From contig CATNEN010000038.1 of the NCBI GenBank assembly GCA_950097015.1, forward strand, positions 24,056,001 through 24,120,000: a stretch of DNA of 64,000 nt, given 5' to 3'. A program made the position numbers and the translations under genes. Positions 62,300 through 64,000 of this stretch are shown in pieces. The notes under the pieces are model-generated. The model did not search any database, was not told where the DNA came from, and saw only the letters and a program-made list of their open reading frames with translations. The stretch's first letter is position 1. Every line of letters begins with the position of its first letter. Source of the stretch: Macrostomum hystrix. Its lineage: Eukaryota; Animalia; Platyhelminthes.

Positions 62300-64000
62300 T
62301 TGGGATTTAAGCTGGGATTTATATTCGGATCTGAGGAATCGGGATTTTAATTGGGATTCGAAGGATTGGGATTTTAGTTGGGATTCAAAGGATTGGGATT
62401 TCAATTGGGATTCGAAAGATTGGGATTTCAGTTGGGATTCGAAGGATTGCGATTTCAGTTGGGATTCGAAAGATTGGGATTTCAGTTGGGATTTGTAAGA
62501 TTGGGATTTCAATTGGGATTTGTAAGATTGGGATTTCAGTTGGGATTCGAAAGATTGGGATTTCAGTTGGGATTTGTAAGATTGGGATTTCAGTTGGGAT
62601 TCGAAGGATTGCGATTTCAGTTGGGATTCGAAGGATTGGGATTTCAGTTGGGATTTGTAAGATTGGGATTTCAGTTGGGATTCGAAAGATTGGGATTTCA
62701 GTTGGGATTCGAAAGATTGGGATTTCAGTTGGGATTCGAAGGATTGGGATTTCAATTGGGATTCGAAAGATTGGGATTTCAGTTGGGATTCGAAAGATTG
62801 GGATTTCAGTTGGGATTTGTAAGATTTGGATTTCAGTTGGGATTCGAAAGATTGGGATTTCAGTTGGGATTCGAAAGATTGGGATTTCAGTTGGGATTCG
62901 AAGGATTGGGATTTCAATTGGGATTCGAAAGATTGGGATTTCAGTTGGGATTCGAAAGATTGGGATTTCAGTTGGGATTTGTAAGATTTGGATTTCAGTT
63001 GGGATTCGAAAGATTGGGATTTCAGTTGGGATTTGTAAGATTGGGATTTCAGTTGGGATTTGCATGATTGGGATTTCAGTTGGGATTTGTAAGATTGGGA
63101 TTTCAGTTGGGATTCGAAGGATTGGGATTTCAATTGGGATTCGAAAGATTGGGATTTCAGTTGGGATTCGAAAGATTGGGATTTCAGTTGGGATTTGTAA
63201 GATTGGGATTTCAGTTGGGATTTGTAAGATTTGGATTTCAGTTGGGATTTGTAAGATTGGGATTTCAGTTGGGATTTGTAAGATTTGGATTTCAGTTGGG
63301 ATTCGAAAGATTGGGATTTCAGTTGGGATTCGAAGGATTGGGATTTCAATTGGGATTCGAAAGATTGGGATTTCAGTTGGGATTCGAAAGATTGGGATTT
63401 CAGTTGGGATTTGTAAGATTTGGATTTCAGTTGGGATTCGAAAGATTGGGATTTCAGTTGGGATTCGAAAGATTGGGATTTCAGTTGGGATTCGAAGGAT
63501 CGGGATTTCAATTGGGATTCGAAAGATTTGGATTTCAGTTGGGATTCGAAAGATTGGGATTTCAGTTGGGATTTGTAAGATTTGGATTTCAGTTGGGATT
63601 CGAAAGATTGGGATTTCAGTTGGGATTCGAAAGATTGGGATTTCAGTTGGGATTTGTAAGATTTGGATTTCAGTTGGGATTCGAAAGATTGGGATTTCAG
63701 TTGGGATTCGAAAGATTTGGATTTCAGTTGGGATTCGAAGGATTGGGATTTCAATTGGGATTCGAAAGATTGGGATTTCAGTTGGGATTCGAAAGATTGG
63801 GATTTCAGTTGGGATTTGTAAGATTTGGATTTCAGTTGGGATTCGAAAGATTGGGATTTCAGTTGGGATTCGAAAGATTGGGATTTCAGTTGGGATTTGT
63901 AAGATTTGGATTTCAGTTGGGATTCGAAAGATTGGGATTTCAGTTGGGATTTGTAAGATTCGGATTTCAGTTGGGATTCGAAAGATTGGGATTTCAGTTG
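62300..64000. repeat. 27-bp minisatellite (TTGGGATTTCAGTTGGGATTCGAAAGA) in a Kv3 intron, running off the window
   Basis: Tandem units starting about 20 bp from the acceptor at 62281-62282. Confidence 0.96.

Noticed and set aside
62294-63754. 486-aa SQSFESQLK repeat ORF on the Kv3 sense strand
   Set aside because: It stops before the acceptor at 62281-62282, and the preceding Kv3 exon must encode the T1 domain. It is an artefact of the 27-bp unit.
62300-64000. Telomeric array at the window end
   Set aside because: The unit is 27 bp with TTGGGA rather than tandem TTAGGG, and it lies in a gene intron.

Overview
Animal genomic DNA with GT-AG introns, GC-rich exons and AT-rich spacers. Most long introns are filled by their own minisatellite. 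This style suggests a free-living flatworm such as Macrostomum, but that is inference and cannot be proven here. Six host genes can be built by hand with phase-consistent splice sites: the last exon of a Ser/Thr kinase (+), NEK4 (-), an AFAP1-family double-PH adaptor (+), a signal peptide-CUB-LDLa-TM protein (+), an MS4A/CD20-like four-TM protein (+) and a Kv3/Shaw channel lacking its 5' end (-). Mobile DNA comprises an intact CsRn1-lineage Ty3/gypsy element (identical 295-bp LTRs, 4-bp TSD, -1 frameshift), a 5'-truncated LOA-type LINE inserted into a SINE with a 13-bp TSD, several tRNA-derived SINEs, two hAT-type MITEs with 8-bp TSDs and one orphan hAT end. About 18 tandem arrays generate most of the long ORFs in the track, and these ORFs are artefacts. 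No clearly new enzymatic system is evident. The best leads are a shared, strand-biased ACCTGTTAGACA core in intronic arrays, arrays built from AG|GT units, a CpG-empty domain around a CpG-retaining core between NEK4 and the AFAP1-like gene, an AT-hook on the integrase tail, and a conserved SINE hairpin carrying hammerhead-like words.
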